A stretch of 64,000 nt of DNA from the NCBI RefSeq assembly GCF_037042905.1, contig NW_026974140.1, forward strand, positions 17,980,001-18,044,000. The letters run 5' to 3'. Position 1 is the stretch's first letter. Each line of letters starts with the position of its first letter. The position numbers and the translations under genes are program-made. Under the pieces are notes generated by a model. It was not told the DNA's origin, made no database searches, and worked only from the letters and a program-made list of their open reading frames with translations. Below, in pieces: positions 27,301 through 40,499 of the stretch. Source of the stretch: Lytechinus pictus (lineage: Eukaryota).

Positions 27301-30300
27301 TTATTTCAGTCTTTGACTGCTTGTGATTGTATTTTGATAGTTTTTATTGCAATAAAATCCAATATATAATACATAGCGCATCTGCATTGCGCACATACCA
27401 CCTTGTTTGGTGTTCAAAGTGCTCCTACATGTATATTACCTCAGCTAAGCTATTCTACCAATTCTGATATACTTACAGTCTTCCATCTTTCACACATCTG
27501 CCTGCATACCACAGCAATATCATCAACATGAGTGGGACATCGGGTACAGCAATCATCAACCAAGTCAGTCTTCTCTCGATTCATCAATGTATTGTATAGA
27601 ACAGTGACAGCACTTTCTTCTACTGTCTCAATCTGGCCGTATAGGATTGGTACTCGTAAAACTGCACAATCTATAAACAAAGAGATGGGAATTAATGGGT
27701 CAGATGCATAAAAAATAGCAATTGCTTGCGCTAGGCTTTTGCTTGGATCTTGCTTGATTCCGTATGCATAAAAATAAGCGAGCAAATGCTTTTGCTAATA
27801 AGCTCAAGCAATCGCTGACTGCTAGCATTTCCTTGACGGTTAAGATATTGCTAAAAAGAGTATGCATAAAGCAAACATTTCGCTTGTGCATTTAAGCACT
27901 TGCTTGGGTTTGTTCAAGCTACGTCAAAGCAGCTTGAGCGTTTGCTTGATCAGGGCGTTCAAGTTTTTAATCTTGTTTATGCACCTGAAAGAGAACCCCA
28001 GGGTGTATCCTAGCCTACATGTACATGTTTTCCCAGATGTTTTCTTCCTAAGAAGTGCAAACCAAATGCCAAATATATAAATTTATCAAAAAGAAACAAG
28101 TTAGTTTGACACCACGTCCGAGAAAAAGATGTAGGAAAGAAGCGGTAATTTGCACTGCCACACCTATGGTTCAAGTCCTGCCTTTTCTGTGAGTTGTACT
28201 CGTACCAGCGTGTAATTGCTATTGTTCAAACTGCTAGTAATTACTTTCTGAAGGCAAGAAAAGGGTTCAAGCACAGGGAATATGCATATGAAATAAAGCA
28301 ATTCTTGAAGCATGAATCATTTGCTTGGCTAGCTATTGCCCGTGCTTGAAGCAATTGCTAGCCAGAAATTGCTACTTTTTATGCACCTGAGTGACACATT
28401 GACTGTTCTGGTATCTCTATTTTGAAACACTTCCCATAGCACAACTAAGAAATGTTAAGGAAGTCTACCTTTAAATCAAATGTAGCCTAATTGTAGCATA
28501 GAAAAAGAGAGACACATGGATGATGCACCGAATCAAGCAAAATAGAGAGAAGATGTAAGGTCATTTGCTACGAGGTCAAGGTCAATCAGGCCACTCCCTT
28601 TCTACAGAAACAAAACCAGATTTAAAACTTTGGACTACTGTCTGACTAATAAATATTCTTGAGGGTGTGAAAGAAATCCACAACAGGACAGGTAATCTAT
28701 TAAGTTCTTAGTTATACATTCATTATAATGTCACTTGCGAGGTACTTTCTCACTCTCTCATAGTCCTACATGTATGTTCAACTGCTTTTTTTTTCTCAAC
28801 TTCACCGGTAGAATCTTGAAGGAGAGGGTGTAATGTTAGTTGGTATTGCAAAAGGAGTTTTAAAACAGAGATTAGAAGACCATGAATGTTCATCTGAGTT
28901 GGTAGAAGATCTTTCATTTTAAATACACTAGAAAATTTACCTCAGTTGTTAAGGATATCCACTGCAGTCTTTATCAATGATGTTACCTGATCAGACCTTT
29001 TTGGTGTAGTGATGAATTACAGTCAGCAATTCATATTGGAGCCCTTGTCTTACAAAATGTTGAGGTTGATTGGATCAATCACAACTCTTCGCAAGATGGG
29101 ACCCCGGTTATATCATTGATAAAGCCTGCAGTGGATCATAACAGACAATAAAGTTTCATCAATAAACATTCATACAGACTGATTAAAGAGATAACTCACC
29201 TGGGTTATGTGCTTGTGATATCTTCTCTCCTTCTAGTTTTTGTTGTCCATATTTGTTGAGAGGGTTTGTAGCATCTGAGGGTTTGTAAGGGGGTTTGGTG
29301 CCATCAAATACATAGTCAGTACTGATGTAGATCAAGTAGGTACCCATCTCAGCTGAATACAAATCCAATCAAAACAAAAAGTCAGGATTTACAATTAAAT
29401 TGAGCTCAAGAGGTATGTAAGTTAGTAGAGCAATGGTTTTACAATCTGGTGGCCTGGAATCCCACTTCCCACATAGTGCGCTAGTGCCTTTGGTAATTAA
29501 GGCATTTATCCTCATTAGGCCTACTAGTTAGGTTGCTTGGAGAGGATATTAAACCATTTGTCCTCTTGTTGCTTACTTATTTACATTCATGTTTTCTTAG
29601 CAATCAGGTAAAAAAATCACAACCACCACCATATTGATTCTTCGTGATGCCATTTCATATCTCCATTTGAACACACCAGACCAGATGAAATTGAGGAAAT
29701 AATAAAAAATATGTGAACTCTCCAAAATGGCTTGCTGCTAACAAATGGTGCTCTTAGCTTTGAATTATTTTTAATTTCTCAAGATGAATATACTTTTACA
29801 AATCTTCCATACAATATCATGCCATATTTCTAAATTAGTAATTGTTGTAAAGAGGTGTATACTTACCACTAATCTTTGCAACTGTTTCTGTAGCACTGCA
29901 GTTAACTTTCTTAGCCTTTTCTTCATCTTTCTCTACTACATCAGGCCTCCTCTGAACAGCAGCATGAACCACTGCATCAGGCTATGTGTAAGACAACAAT
30001 CAAACCTCAATCCCAAATCAACTAAATTAATTCACAAGAAAACATATTGACTTCTTCTAAAACAAAAGTTGTGGGAATGTTGGAAAAGTCATTGTGAACC
30101 ATAAAATGTGTATCTTTATGTGTAGTATGAATGCCAAGATAGAATGATTCACTGCAAAAGGATTGCTCCTCAAAGGCCCTCATACTAAAATAACTGAAAT
30201 ATGAGTTGAAACTGTCTGGCTGACAATTTGGTTGTGGTATCATGTATGCTAATATGTGTGTAATGCATGTAAACTTCAGAAAAACTGAGTCAATCTGTTA

Positions 30301-31735
30301 TCATTTTGGTGATTCCATTGCTTCACAGTCAACACCAGAATCTTAGGGACATTATAAACAGCTTTTTAAAATCACTTTGATCATTTTCTCCATAATTAAA
30401 ATTCACAAACTGAACGAAATTGGAACGTTAACCCATTACACAGCACAAAGAAGCCTAACAGAAATATGGCGCAAAATATATGCTGTGGATCATCAAAGCC
30501 TATAGATAGAAAACTCAAAATTCAGTAGTTATCAGATGAATAGATGGATTGAAAGAAATGAATTCATGATGTGTCCTGGCAAAAGAATCAAAGGCTTGGT
30601 CCCACTGTACTTACAGATGCAGAGAGGATGTAAAACGGGAAAGAATCTTGCCATCCGTTGGAAAACGTTATATATCTATTGTGTACTCTTTGCATACGTG
30701 TTTCATACGCTCTATATTCATCAAGCATCCGTCCACTGTGATTTCATTGTTCGCCCATTTTGTCCATTGTCTGGAGGATGGAGCCACCCCAATTTTTGCT
30801 TGTCCGCTGAATCCTTTATGAATACGTTTTGTGTCAATCAGCCAGTGGGACCAGGCCTTAACTTCTAGACTATAAACCTTTTGGAAATGCATTAATCTTT
30901 TTTTCGTACACTGATGGATTTGTTGAATCGTCAGTGGAAAAAAAAAATCCCAAACTTACTGAAAATTCAAAATGTTGTATCTATAAAGCCAGGACATGCT
31001 CTTTTACTATCAATATTCTCTTGATAATAGTTTGATTTGGTTGTAAACTATTGGTAAAATGAGAATATTTTTCTTCTTTCCTGGCTCTGAAAGATCTGAT
31101 TCCAATATCTTTTTTTTCTGAGTCAATAAAAGAAGCCTAAAAGTATGAATATGGTGAATATTCTTGATCATATATTCAAATTCCTTTGACTACCCATTGA
31201 ACTGCAAAAATGTATCTCTAATTTTTCTTTATACCTATAATACAACCGAGTATTAATTGTGATCTTGTCTCTGAAAATCTAGAAGTCAATACTTCAGATT
31301 CAAGAAAAAAGGGATCAATTTTTTATTTTGATTTGGTTGTGAATTATAAATAATTTACAATCAAATCAAAATACTTAGAAAATAATATCAAAAGGAAAGC
31401 AAAAGAATTTCTTTAAACCTTGAATTAGATATATTGAAACTGCTTTAAAAAAACTTTGCAAAATGGATACTTTTAACGGTCATTTTAATGGTGATAAACG
31501 TTCTGACTCAGCACTAATAGAAACCTCAAAAATATTTAAATGCAACCGAGTCACTCACCTGAAATTCTTGCATGACCTTTCTGACCTCTCCTTCATCGGT
31601 TATATCCACCTTCCTGAGGGCGCCCTTTGCACGAGAGAATGCTAGACCAAGAACATCACAAGAGGTTGTCCTCTCAAACTCCCTCATAAGCGCTCGTCCC
31701 ATCAGACCCGATGCACCAGTTACTAATACCTTCAT
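24377..31735 (-). CDS. MAT2B: Methionine adenosyltransferase 2 subunit beta (RmlD-like SDR fold), 300 aa
   Basis: Exons 31735-31559, 29981-29867, 29352-29200, 27670-27477 and 24640-24377 total 903 nt with consistent phases and GT/AG ends. Motifs [55 protein letters not shown]. An acceptor at 31775-31776 implies an upstream exon. Confidence 0.95.
25099..27370 (+). mobile_element. 5'-truncated, frameshifted CR1/L2-group LINE (RT domain, C-terminus, pyrimidine-rich 3'UTR) antisense within the last MAT2B intron
   Basis: ORFs 25099-25863 ([33 protein letters not shown]) and 25860-26366 ([27 protein letters not shown]) are in different frames. An AATAAA lies near 27351. Confidence 0.92.
27700..28390. 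mobile_element. MITE rich in AAGCA/TGCTT motifs
   Basis: TIRs tcagatgcataaaaaatagcaatt / aattgctactttttatgcacctga. Confidence 0.7.
29410..29612 (+). mobile_element. Degenerate tRNA-derived SINE fragment
   Basis: Core gtgcctttggt..aaggcatttatcctcatt and tail cttagcaatcaggtaaaaaa..accaccacc. The core resembles the SINE at 36234. Confidence 0.45.
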
Positions 31736-33018
31736 GATTGGTATGGAAAGTGGAGGCCGGTCTATTCTAAAATCCTAAAAGGTTTTCAAAAAGACAAAAA
31801 TTAGAAAGAAGTATTAAAATAAAACGTTAAGTGCTTATTTTTCAATTTGACTAATATCAAAGCACCAAATCAAAGTACTGATCAGAGAACAAATACATGT
31901 ATCTGCAGGACACAAAAAATATATATATAACAGACCATTGAATAGGCACACCCACCTACCAGTAATGCAATCACAGAAATGCAGGGAAATCAACTGAAAA
32001 TGGTATTTTGTGGCAGCACCACCATAAAAATACCACATAAATTCCAAACAGTATTTGTATAATACAACAATGATAAATGATCATGTTATGAATGGGCGAA
32101 ACTTAATGCCCCTATTTCATCCCTGAAACATACACCAGTAAAGGGATATTAAATACACTGTCATAATGGCATCAAGGTCCTTGTTTGAACAGTAAGATAA
32201 GATTTATTCTATTAAATGCATCAACATTCAGTTATGAAATGGATGTAACTTGACCTTTACTGAAATCAATATCTAACAATTTATCATCAAAAATTAAAAA
32301 TAGGGATTCATTACAAGTCGATCTGGGCAATCCGGAAATAAAATTGTAATAGGACTTGGATCTATTGTATAGTGTTGGCATCAACCACATGTCCGTGTTA
32401 AGTTGGTGAAATAGGAGAATGAGAATAATGTAATAGTTTCGTTAGTTTAGTTGTTGTGACTGTAGTATAACTCTTGAGCATGGGTTAGGTTGGTGATGAC
32501 TTTTTATGTGATTGCGAAGACTGCGAAGAGGTGCCTGATGAGCTGTCAGTATATGCAGTTCCCCTTCAATTTAATCAGAGTAGGCCCACTGGAGCCACTA
32601 GCACCACACCACCGCGTCGCAGCCGCGCTGGCCCAGCGGATCGGGGGCATGCATGCAACTATCAAGGCACAGAGCTCAGACAGTCAATCAAACTCACTGC
32701 TCAGCTTAACCCAGGGAGCAAAGCGGGCCGGAGCCCAGGACCCATCCGTGTAATAGTAGGCAGACAAGGGTACTCTCCAAAATGGGGTAGAATGGGATCG
32801 CAATAGCACGCCAAATAAAAGTACATGTACCTCAAGCGATGTTCGTGCAGGCTCCTCTCCACTTCACTACCGCTACACCTACCTGAACCTCAAGGTACAA
32901 AACTCTCTCTGATACTCCGAGTGACAATGTTGGGATTTTATGGGGGGGGGGGGGGGGGGAATATAAAACTCATGCACCAACACGACCTTTAAAAACAATA
33001 AAAAACTAATATTCTTAC

Positions 33019-33374
33019 TTTTCATTCTAATTTCACTCCATATCCATCATCCAGTTAGTCTTAAAATTGATGATTTATAGCAAGTATCGGGTTCCTCACA
33101 CGTATTAATTCACTGCCGATCGCAAACGCAAATTGCACATGCACGGACATCGCAGCTCAAATTATGAATATTCATGATCAATTATAGGACTATAGATCGA
33201 GATCTGTGCAAATGCGAAAGAAACTATTCCAATGCGGTTTGACCTGCGACCCTCGCGCATGCGATGTTTAGAAATCGGCAGCGAATAATACGTGAGAGGA
33301 ACTCGATGCTGGCTCTAAATCACCAATTTTGAGGCTAACCGGAGGATGGATATGGAGTGAAATTAGGATGAAAA
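33019..33374. repeat. Imperfect long inverted repeat (~140-bp arms) upstream of MAT2B
   Basis: ttttcattctaatttcactccatatccatc...cactgccgat matches the reverse complement of atcggcagcg...gatggatatggagtgaaattaggatgaaaa. Confidence 0.9.
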
Positions 33375-33569
33375 CAAACATAAGGAGTTTTTGATAAAAG
33401 TTGCAACCTATTATTATTATAGCCCATTTACAGAAGTTTGGGCTCAAAACCCTGAAGAAAACTAGTATTTTTTAGCAACATTATTGTTGCCCAATTCATT
33501 GGTGTGTGTAGATCAATGCCTTGCCGTGGAGAGTAAGCCTACGTCAGTAGAACGACTTTTATTCTCCTG

Positions 33570-35134
33570 GGGAGTGTTTCATGAAAAGACTTTATAAGAC
33601 AAGTTCCTTTTTATCCGACAGTTACCATAGCAACTGTGCTTCTCAGCCAATCAAAAGCCACTCACACAAGTATTGCGAGTTTAGCTATAGTACTAACCTC
33701 GCACAACGGATGTGATTTGACAATAAATTTTGACGTTTTCATTCATCACATGAATGTGAGGGAATAAAACACGCCAAAACCTTCTACATTTATTCACTAC
33801 ATAAATTTCAATCTTATCAACTAACTTAATTTTAAAAATATAGTCGAAATTTTTTATAAAAATGATTTTTTAACGCTTACCTCCAAATTCGGCCAAGGTA
33901 CTCCATACGAAGATCCTCAATACTGCGGTGGAAATTACGCAAACAACAATCGAAATGCGAATTTTTCCTATCGAACAGTCTCAATTCAAGTTGTCGGTTT
34001 ATTAAATAATATCGAGTGCCCTCTATGCGTATTTCGGATCAGGCAAATTAAATCCTAGACCAAAAGCTTCGGTCTCTGTTATGTTGGTTGTTCCACTGAA
34101 CTACATTGGCTCCACTCACCAAATACATAGACCAAAGTTAAACCTTCGTCTGTACAGGGGCTCAATGGCCACCGCTAATTTCTTGTTTTTCTCCTCCATA
34201 CCGCGATATTTTCCTCTAACAGTTCATACATATGCACCTATAGCTGAAAATATATAAGTAACGACAGTTTCTTACCCTAAATTCCCGCTTTGAAACTGGC
34301 AATCAGGGGATTAACTCTGGAAGTTGATACTTGCGACTCAGACTAGTGGGCAGCCATCTTGGTAATGAATAATTCATGAAAAAGTGGCCAACGAAAGTCA
34401 GACTCCGCCCCATGACCTTTACGTCACGCATTACAGAAGGGGAAAAGAAAGGAGCAGTTAAAGAAACAAAAGAAAAAAGGGGAAATAAAAAAGAAAAAGA
34501 AGAGTAAAACAAAAAAAGAGAGAAAACGAAAGAGAAAGAGATAAAGAAAAAGGGAAAAAACGTCTAGAATTTTAGTATTCATAACCCCGACGTAAAGGGA
34601 TGATCTGATTGGCCAATGGTTTTGATACGCAGTTGACCCGGAAGTTTTTCCAACGGCATATGTTTGTGTGTTATATCGACTTCGGATGAACGAGTGAACT
34701 AGGAGCTACATGACAGTAAGTCGCTGTTTTTTTTCCTTTTAACTTTATTTTTTCCCTCGTTTTTGGCAATTAACGCCAAAAGGAAAAATTAATTCGCATT
34801 ATGGTACACTTATTTTCATATATATTAATGAAATAAAGACAAAAATCGATGAGCCTCTTCGGGGGGAATTTACATTGTACCTCCCCTAATGGCGGCGACA
34901 CGCTAGCGAGCCGTCTGTGTACGAGGAGAAATTAAAATTAAAAAATGTTGAAAAACTCCTCGAAACAGACGGCTGCCAGCTGTCTAATTAAATCAATGCC
35001 TTTTTTTATATCAAGAAAAATCATTGATAGAAATTACCAGAAAGACAAAGAGGAAATGAAATGAAGTAACGAAAGATGTCGGATCAGACAACTTGTCGGA
35101 CATTGTCGGACAAAAATGTTGATGAAACGCTCCC
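33570..35134. mobile_element. Harbinger-like MITE split by about 1.4 kb of nested insertions
   Basis: The left part (33570-~33655) and right part (~35073-35134) together match the intact copy at 40362-40499. Confidence 0.75.
34056..34986. mobile_element. TAGAC...GTCTA element with terminal hairpins and 9-bp TSD (MULE-like, non-autonomous), long copy
   Basis: TSD attaaatcc / attaaatca. Both ends are homologous to 59141-59567. Confidence 0.75.
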
Positions 35135-36096
35135 CAGGAGCCTCTAGGCTACCCTGGCCTGGACTCCGGCCCGCGAAGCGGGCCTGAGCTCCTGACCCTG
35201 GGTATAATTATAAACGCTCAGCTCAGTCAGTCAGCCTCAGCCTGGTTCAAACAGAAGTGAGAGATTCCTCATTTTATCTTCAAATTAAACCTAGGGCTAT
35301 ATTAACCTAAAATAAAATGGCCTATAAAATCACCATTCAACTTTAATCATCAATTCAATTTAAATGTTACCTGTTATCTGACGTATGTATGGGATAAAAC
35401 ATCAACTTTGGCTCCGTCTATCTGGCTTCATTGCCCCGCAGCGGTGTCATGTCACGTGCACAAGTTGTTACGCAATGTTTTTTTTTTTTGGGGGGGGCAG
35501 TCAAATATATTGCTGTATACACGCGTGACCCAAAAAAAACCCCGCGTAAACGGTTGTTTTTTCAGTTTTGGACGCGGGCCGCACGTGCACTCGTTAGGGG
35601 TATCAAAAACACCGATTTTCAAATAAGGGGGTAGTTTTGAAACTGCAGTGGCGTAACAGGCGGGGGGCAAGCTGCCCCCTAGCGGATTTCACCGGGAAAA
35701 TAAACAAAACGGGAAAAAAAGACCGGGAAAAAAAGAAAAGGGATGGAGAAAGAAAGAAAGGGGAAGGAAAGGGGAAAAGGAAAGGAGGAAAAGGAAACGG
35801 AAAAGGAAAGGGAAAGTGAAAAGAAAAGAAAACGAAGAAGAAAAAAATATTTCTAATGGAAAAGGAAGGAAAGCGGGAAAAGGAACAAAAGAACATTTGA
35901 CAAAGAACACATCATTCCGAAATAGGCCTATGTAATGCAGTAGCATGATGGGAAATAAATTAAAAGATGACAAATTGGCAAACAATAGCGGGAAATGAAG
36001 GTAGAATGGAATTAGTCAAAAGCTAAATTGGAAAACAAAGAAAAGGGACAAGAAAAAAAAAACTTAATAACATGGACCGGGCTGCGCGCCGCCGAG

Positions 36097-37848
36097 CAGC
36101 GGCGTAACAGGGGTCGGTGGCCAGGGGGGCAAGAGCCAAACATTTCCCGGTCATATCATGGAACAGGCAATGGCGTCATAAGGCAAACATTTTGAGGGGC
36201 CGATATGGCGTATCGGACAAATATATATATGTAGGTGCCGTGGCCGAGTGGTCTAAGGCGCCTGGCTATACATGGAAAGTCCGGGGTTCGATCCCCGGCC
36301 GCGGCACCTATGCCCGTGAGCAAGGCATTTAATATCCAATGCTCTTTTATCCTGCTTTCAAATAAATGGAAATGCTATATGCATTATTGGTAACTAGGTG
36401 TGCACTTGTTTTAAAAATATATATATATATATATATAAGCGAGCGAGCAAAATTTTTTGACATTTTAATGCAAAAATCAAATTTTGTGATAGATTTTGAC
36501 ATAATGTTAAAAAGATATCATATTTCACCCTCCTCTCTTTCCTTTTTTCTCTCTTTTTTTGTACGCCACGGTGAACAGGATTTTTGTTATGATTGTGAGC
36601 ATCAGGGCGAAGCTCTATATGCTCGAGGGGGCCGAGTATGGCGCTTCTGGCAAGAAGTACCTTAATATAGGTCCCGAGCGAGCGAAGCGAGCGAGATAAA
36701 AAAATCACCTTTTCATGAGAATCTAACATGAAGATAGATTTTAACGTGATATTCAGAAAAATATAATACACTTTCCTTTCTTTCCTCATTTTTTTGTTTG
36801 GTTGTAGAACTTTTGGGGGCCATGGTCCAACTCATCCATATAACAGTGCTTTATGGGTGGGGTCCAGGGCAGAGCCCCGGAACCTCTTGATATCAAAGCC
36901 ATTTTAATCAAATTGCGTGTATATTTATATAGCTTTAACACAACACATAAATTCAATGCAGTTGTGTATCATAATCATCCAAATATTGTGAGGGGCACAC
37001 CATAGCAAATGTGGGAAAATTTGTAAAAAGTCGCCAGCGAGCGAAGCGAGCGAGAAAAAAAATTGCCTGTTAAAATGAAATTCTAATTATGTGATAGATT
37101 TTTACATCATTATAGCAAATATCATGTCGTATATTTGTTTTCATTCATCTCATTTCGCTGCCTCCTTTATTTTCTTTTATTTCCCATTGGCTGTGGAACC
37201 ACCACCCGGTACGCCAGTGCTTCAACGTAAAGCTTAATGCAGGAAGTGTCCATATAGGGGCCCCTTATAGAACCCATTAAAGGTTACATATGAAGAGCCC
37301 CACTGCACGGGGTCTTGACTCTTGGACAGAGCCTTTGGAGATTTAGCAAGTTTATGATAGACTTTCATACGACATTATGCTATATACCATCCATTTTTCT
37401 TCCCGCTCGTTATCTCAATCCTCGGCAGCCCGGTAGTGCACGTTATCTTGTCCCTAGTCTTTATATTCCAATTTAGATTTTGGCTAATTCCATTCTGCAT
37501 TTATTTCCCGCTTTTGTTTGCCTTTTTGTCATCTTTAATTTATTCCCCTGTCTTACTAATCATGCTAATGTATTATATCGGGGCGAATTGTTCTTTCTCA
37601 CTTGTTCTTTTTTCCTTCCTTTTCCCGTTATCTTTCCGTTTTCCCTTTTTTATGTTTTTTCTTAGTTTTCTTTTCGCTTTTCCTTTCCCTTTCCCCTTCC
37701 CGTTTCCCATTTTTTCTTTTCTTTCCTTTCCCTTTCCCTTTCTTCCTCCCTTTTTTTTCTTTTTCCCGTTTTTTAATAATTTTCCCGGTGAGCTCCGCCA
37801 GGGGTGGGGGCAGCTTGCCCCCCCCCCCCCCCGCCTGTTACGCCACTG
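36097..37848 (-). mobile_element. hAT-like MITE (inner copy, same family, inverted)
   Basis: TIRs cagcggcgtaacagg / cctgttacgccactg, with an 8-bp TSD ccgccgag / ctgccgag. Confidence 0.85.
36234..36416 (+). mobile_element. tRNA-derived SINE inserted in a (TA)n tract
   Basis: A box TGGCCGAGTGG, B box GGTTCGATCCC and acceptor-stem GGTGCCG/CGGCACC are present, but there is no intact anticodon arm. The head is followed by the SINE core gcccgtgagcaaggcattta. Confidence 0.85.
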
Positions 37849-39194
37849 CTGCCGAGGATAGAAAATAAAGAGCGGGAAGAAAGATGGACTGCATACAACA
37901 TTGTGCTATAAGCTTGCTAAATTTTATGCAAATAAGCTACCGGGGCTTTGCCCCCGGAGCCCACGCAGTAGGGGCTCTTCATCTATAACCTTCAAATGGC
38001 TCTATAACGCCCCCTGTAGGGACCCTTCCTCATTAAGCTTTACGTTCAATTACTGGCGTACAGGCGCGGGGGGGGGGGGTCTTGGTTCCACACCCAAGAG
38101 GAAATAAAAGAAATTATAGGAAACAACGTATTATGAAATGAATGGAAACAATGAAATATGTTATTTGCTGAATATAAAGGATATCTATCACATAATTAAA
38201 ATAATTTCAAAAGGCATTTTTTCCGCTCGCTTTGCTCGCTGGCGACTTTTTACAAATTTTCCCACATTGCTATGTTTTGCCCCCTCAAAATATTTGGTTC
38301 AACTTGGTTGAATAATTGTGTTGTGTAAAAGCTATATTCTGTATATAACCACGATTTTATTAAAAAATAGCGGCAATCTGCGATGTTTAAATGGCTTTGG
38401 TATCAAGAGGTTCCAGGGGCTCAAGACGGACCCCAACCGCATAGCACTGCCGTATATGAAAATGGAAGGGTTTGGCCATGGTCCCCAAAAGTTCTACAAC
38501 CAAGAAAAAAAGGAGGAAAGAAAAGCAATGGAAAAGTGTAGAATATGATTTTATTTACTAAATATAATGTCAAAAAATATATCAAAGTTAAATTCTCATG
38601 AAAATGTGATTTTTATTCTCGCTCGCTTCGCTCGCTCGGGACTAAAATTATGCAGCTTTTTAGCACATGCGCCATACTGTGCCCCTCGTTTTTTTACTCT
38701 TCACGCTATACTGTCACAAAGAATCCTGTTCCTAGTGGCATACAGACCACAAAAAAGGAATGGAAAGAGAGAAGAGTGAAATATATTTTTCTCTAAATAT
38801 CATGTAAAAAAAGAAATCACAAAATTTGATTTTTGTATTAAAAATGTTTTTTTTTTAAGATAAATTCTGCCTGATACGCAATGTCTGGCCCTCTCAAAAT
38901 CGTCGCCTCATTACACCATTACGCCTGTTCATACCATGATAATTATGACCGGGAAATTTTTGGCTCTTGCCCCCCCCCCCCCCCCCCCCTCCGACCCCTG
39001 TTACGCCGCTGTTTGAAAGACTGCATGTTTAGGGTAATATGTTTTTTTCCCCAAGCTTTTTCCCCTGGGTCATATTCTGGCAACAACTTGCATGTAGGGG
39101 CCAAAATGTGTAAATAAAGCCCGCGAAAAACTTGTTTAGGGCCCGTTTTTTCGTCCACTAGTCACAGTCACGATGGTCTCCCGGGGTCTCCCTT

Positions 39195-39600
39195 CATTTA
39201 GTCGAATGACATTCCGTCCATCAACATTTCGTTAGCAACATTCGGTCCAATATAGGCCTAACCATTTGGTAAATTCATCCCCTGGGTCTATAATAATCAC
39301 CGACCAGTTCGTCTGTGACAAGTTCGTGGGTATAACCAGTTATAGTCTAATATCCTTTTTTTTTCACGGCCATTTCATTTTCATTCATTTCGCCCAAGAT
39401 ATGGTGATCAAATTAGACCAAATGGGATATGGACTAAATGGCTGTTGGACCAACTGGTTATAAGACGAAATAATGAATGGACGAAACGGCATTTAGGGAT
39501 TTAGACCATGTGAAAAGTGGACGAACTGATGGTAGACCAAATTATAGTAGATTTTGGTAATTAGACGAATTGGCATTAGCCCAATTGGACATAAACCCCT
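39195..39600. repeat. Degenerate element with TTAGACC/GGTCTAA motifs (related to 48804-49994)
   Basis: gtcta/gtcca motifs on the left and tagacc/tagacg motifs on the right. Confidence 0.5.
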
Positions 39601-40361
39601 GAAAGGTATTACAGGCATTTCAGCGCAAGCCTTACTAAAAAGGCTTACATTTATGTTGAATGTTAATTGATTGCAAGAAATGTTGAGCGTTTTATCATTT
39701 TGAAGGTGTTTCGTATTAAAGTATTGGCCTATCAATTAACTCTTTATTTGATTTTTTTATACAAAATAGACCGTACGTGATATTGTGAAATGGATTAACT
39801 TTTAAAGTTATTTTAGGTTGGATAATAATCCAAAATACTAATTGTCCTCACACAATTCTGGGATAGGACAATGCGGGCAACTCTCTCTGTTTGTGTGAAT
39901 TGTGTCCGAAGTCTAATAGCCCCACCTCTGGGCATTGCGAGTTTAATATGCACATTTTTGGTAAATTTTGTGTCAATTTTCAATACAAATATGAAGTTTT
40001 CATAATATGGGGGGAGGGGGCATATTTATTCTTCATATCTTAACCTTTACTATATAAAATAGGCTAAAAAAATGGGTTGCCTCTTTATTCTTTATTTAAT
40101 TCTACGTCTTTTTATACTCCTTTTCCTTTTATTCTTCTTTATGCTTTGAGTTTATCTTCTAATTACTGCATGAGTGAACCAGCAAATAGAGAACATGGAC
40201 CTATTCCATGGTGGTAACAAGGCCATTTCGACTCGGACTCCTTTATTCTCCCCCCTACACTATTTATGGATGAAGAGCCTTCCATCGGGTTGGCCTATCT
40301 ATTCTCCTCATCATTTTCCCTTCCCCCTTGCATGGGGGTGGATGGGGCGGATGAGACCCCA

Positions 40362-40499
40362 GGGGGCGTTTCATGAAAGGACTTGTCGGACGTTTTATCC
40401 GACAGTTACCATAGTAACAGTACCTCTCAGCCAATCAACATCAGAGAAAGATGTCAGATCTGACAACTAGTCGGATGAAAATGTTGATGAAACACTCCC
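40362..40499. mobile_element. Harbinger-like MITE (intact copy)
   Basis: TIRs gggggcgtttcatgaa / ttgatgaaacactccc. Confidence 0.75.

Larger units (their letters stand above)
35646..39011 (+). mobile_element. hAT-like MITE (outer copy), TIR CAG(T/C)GGCGTAACAGG
   Basis: 35646-36096 plus 37849-39011 reconstitute one element that is collinear with the reverse complement of the inner copy. Confidence 0.8.

Noticed and set aside
36234-36310. tRNA gene
   Set aside because: The anticodon arm does not pair, there is no oligo-T terminator right after the acceptor stem, and the sequence continues into a SINE core.
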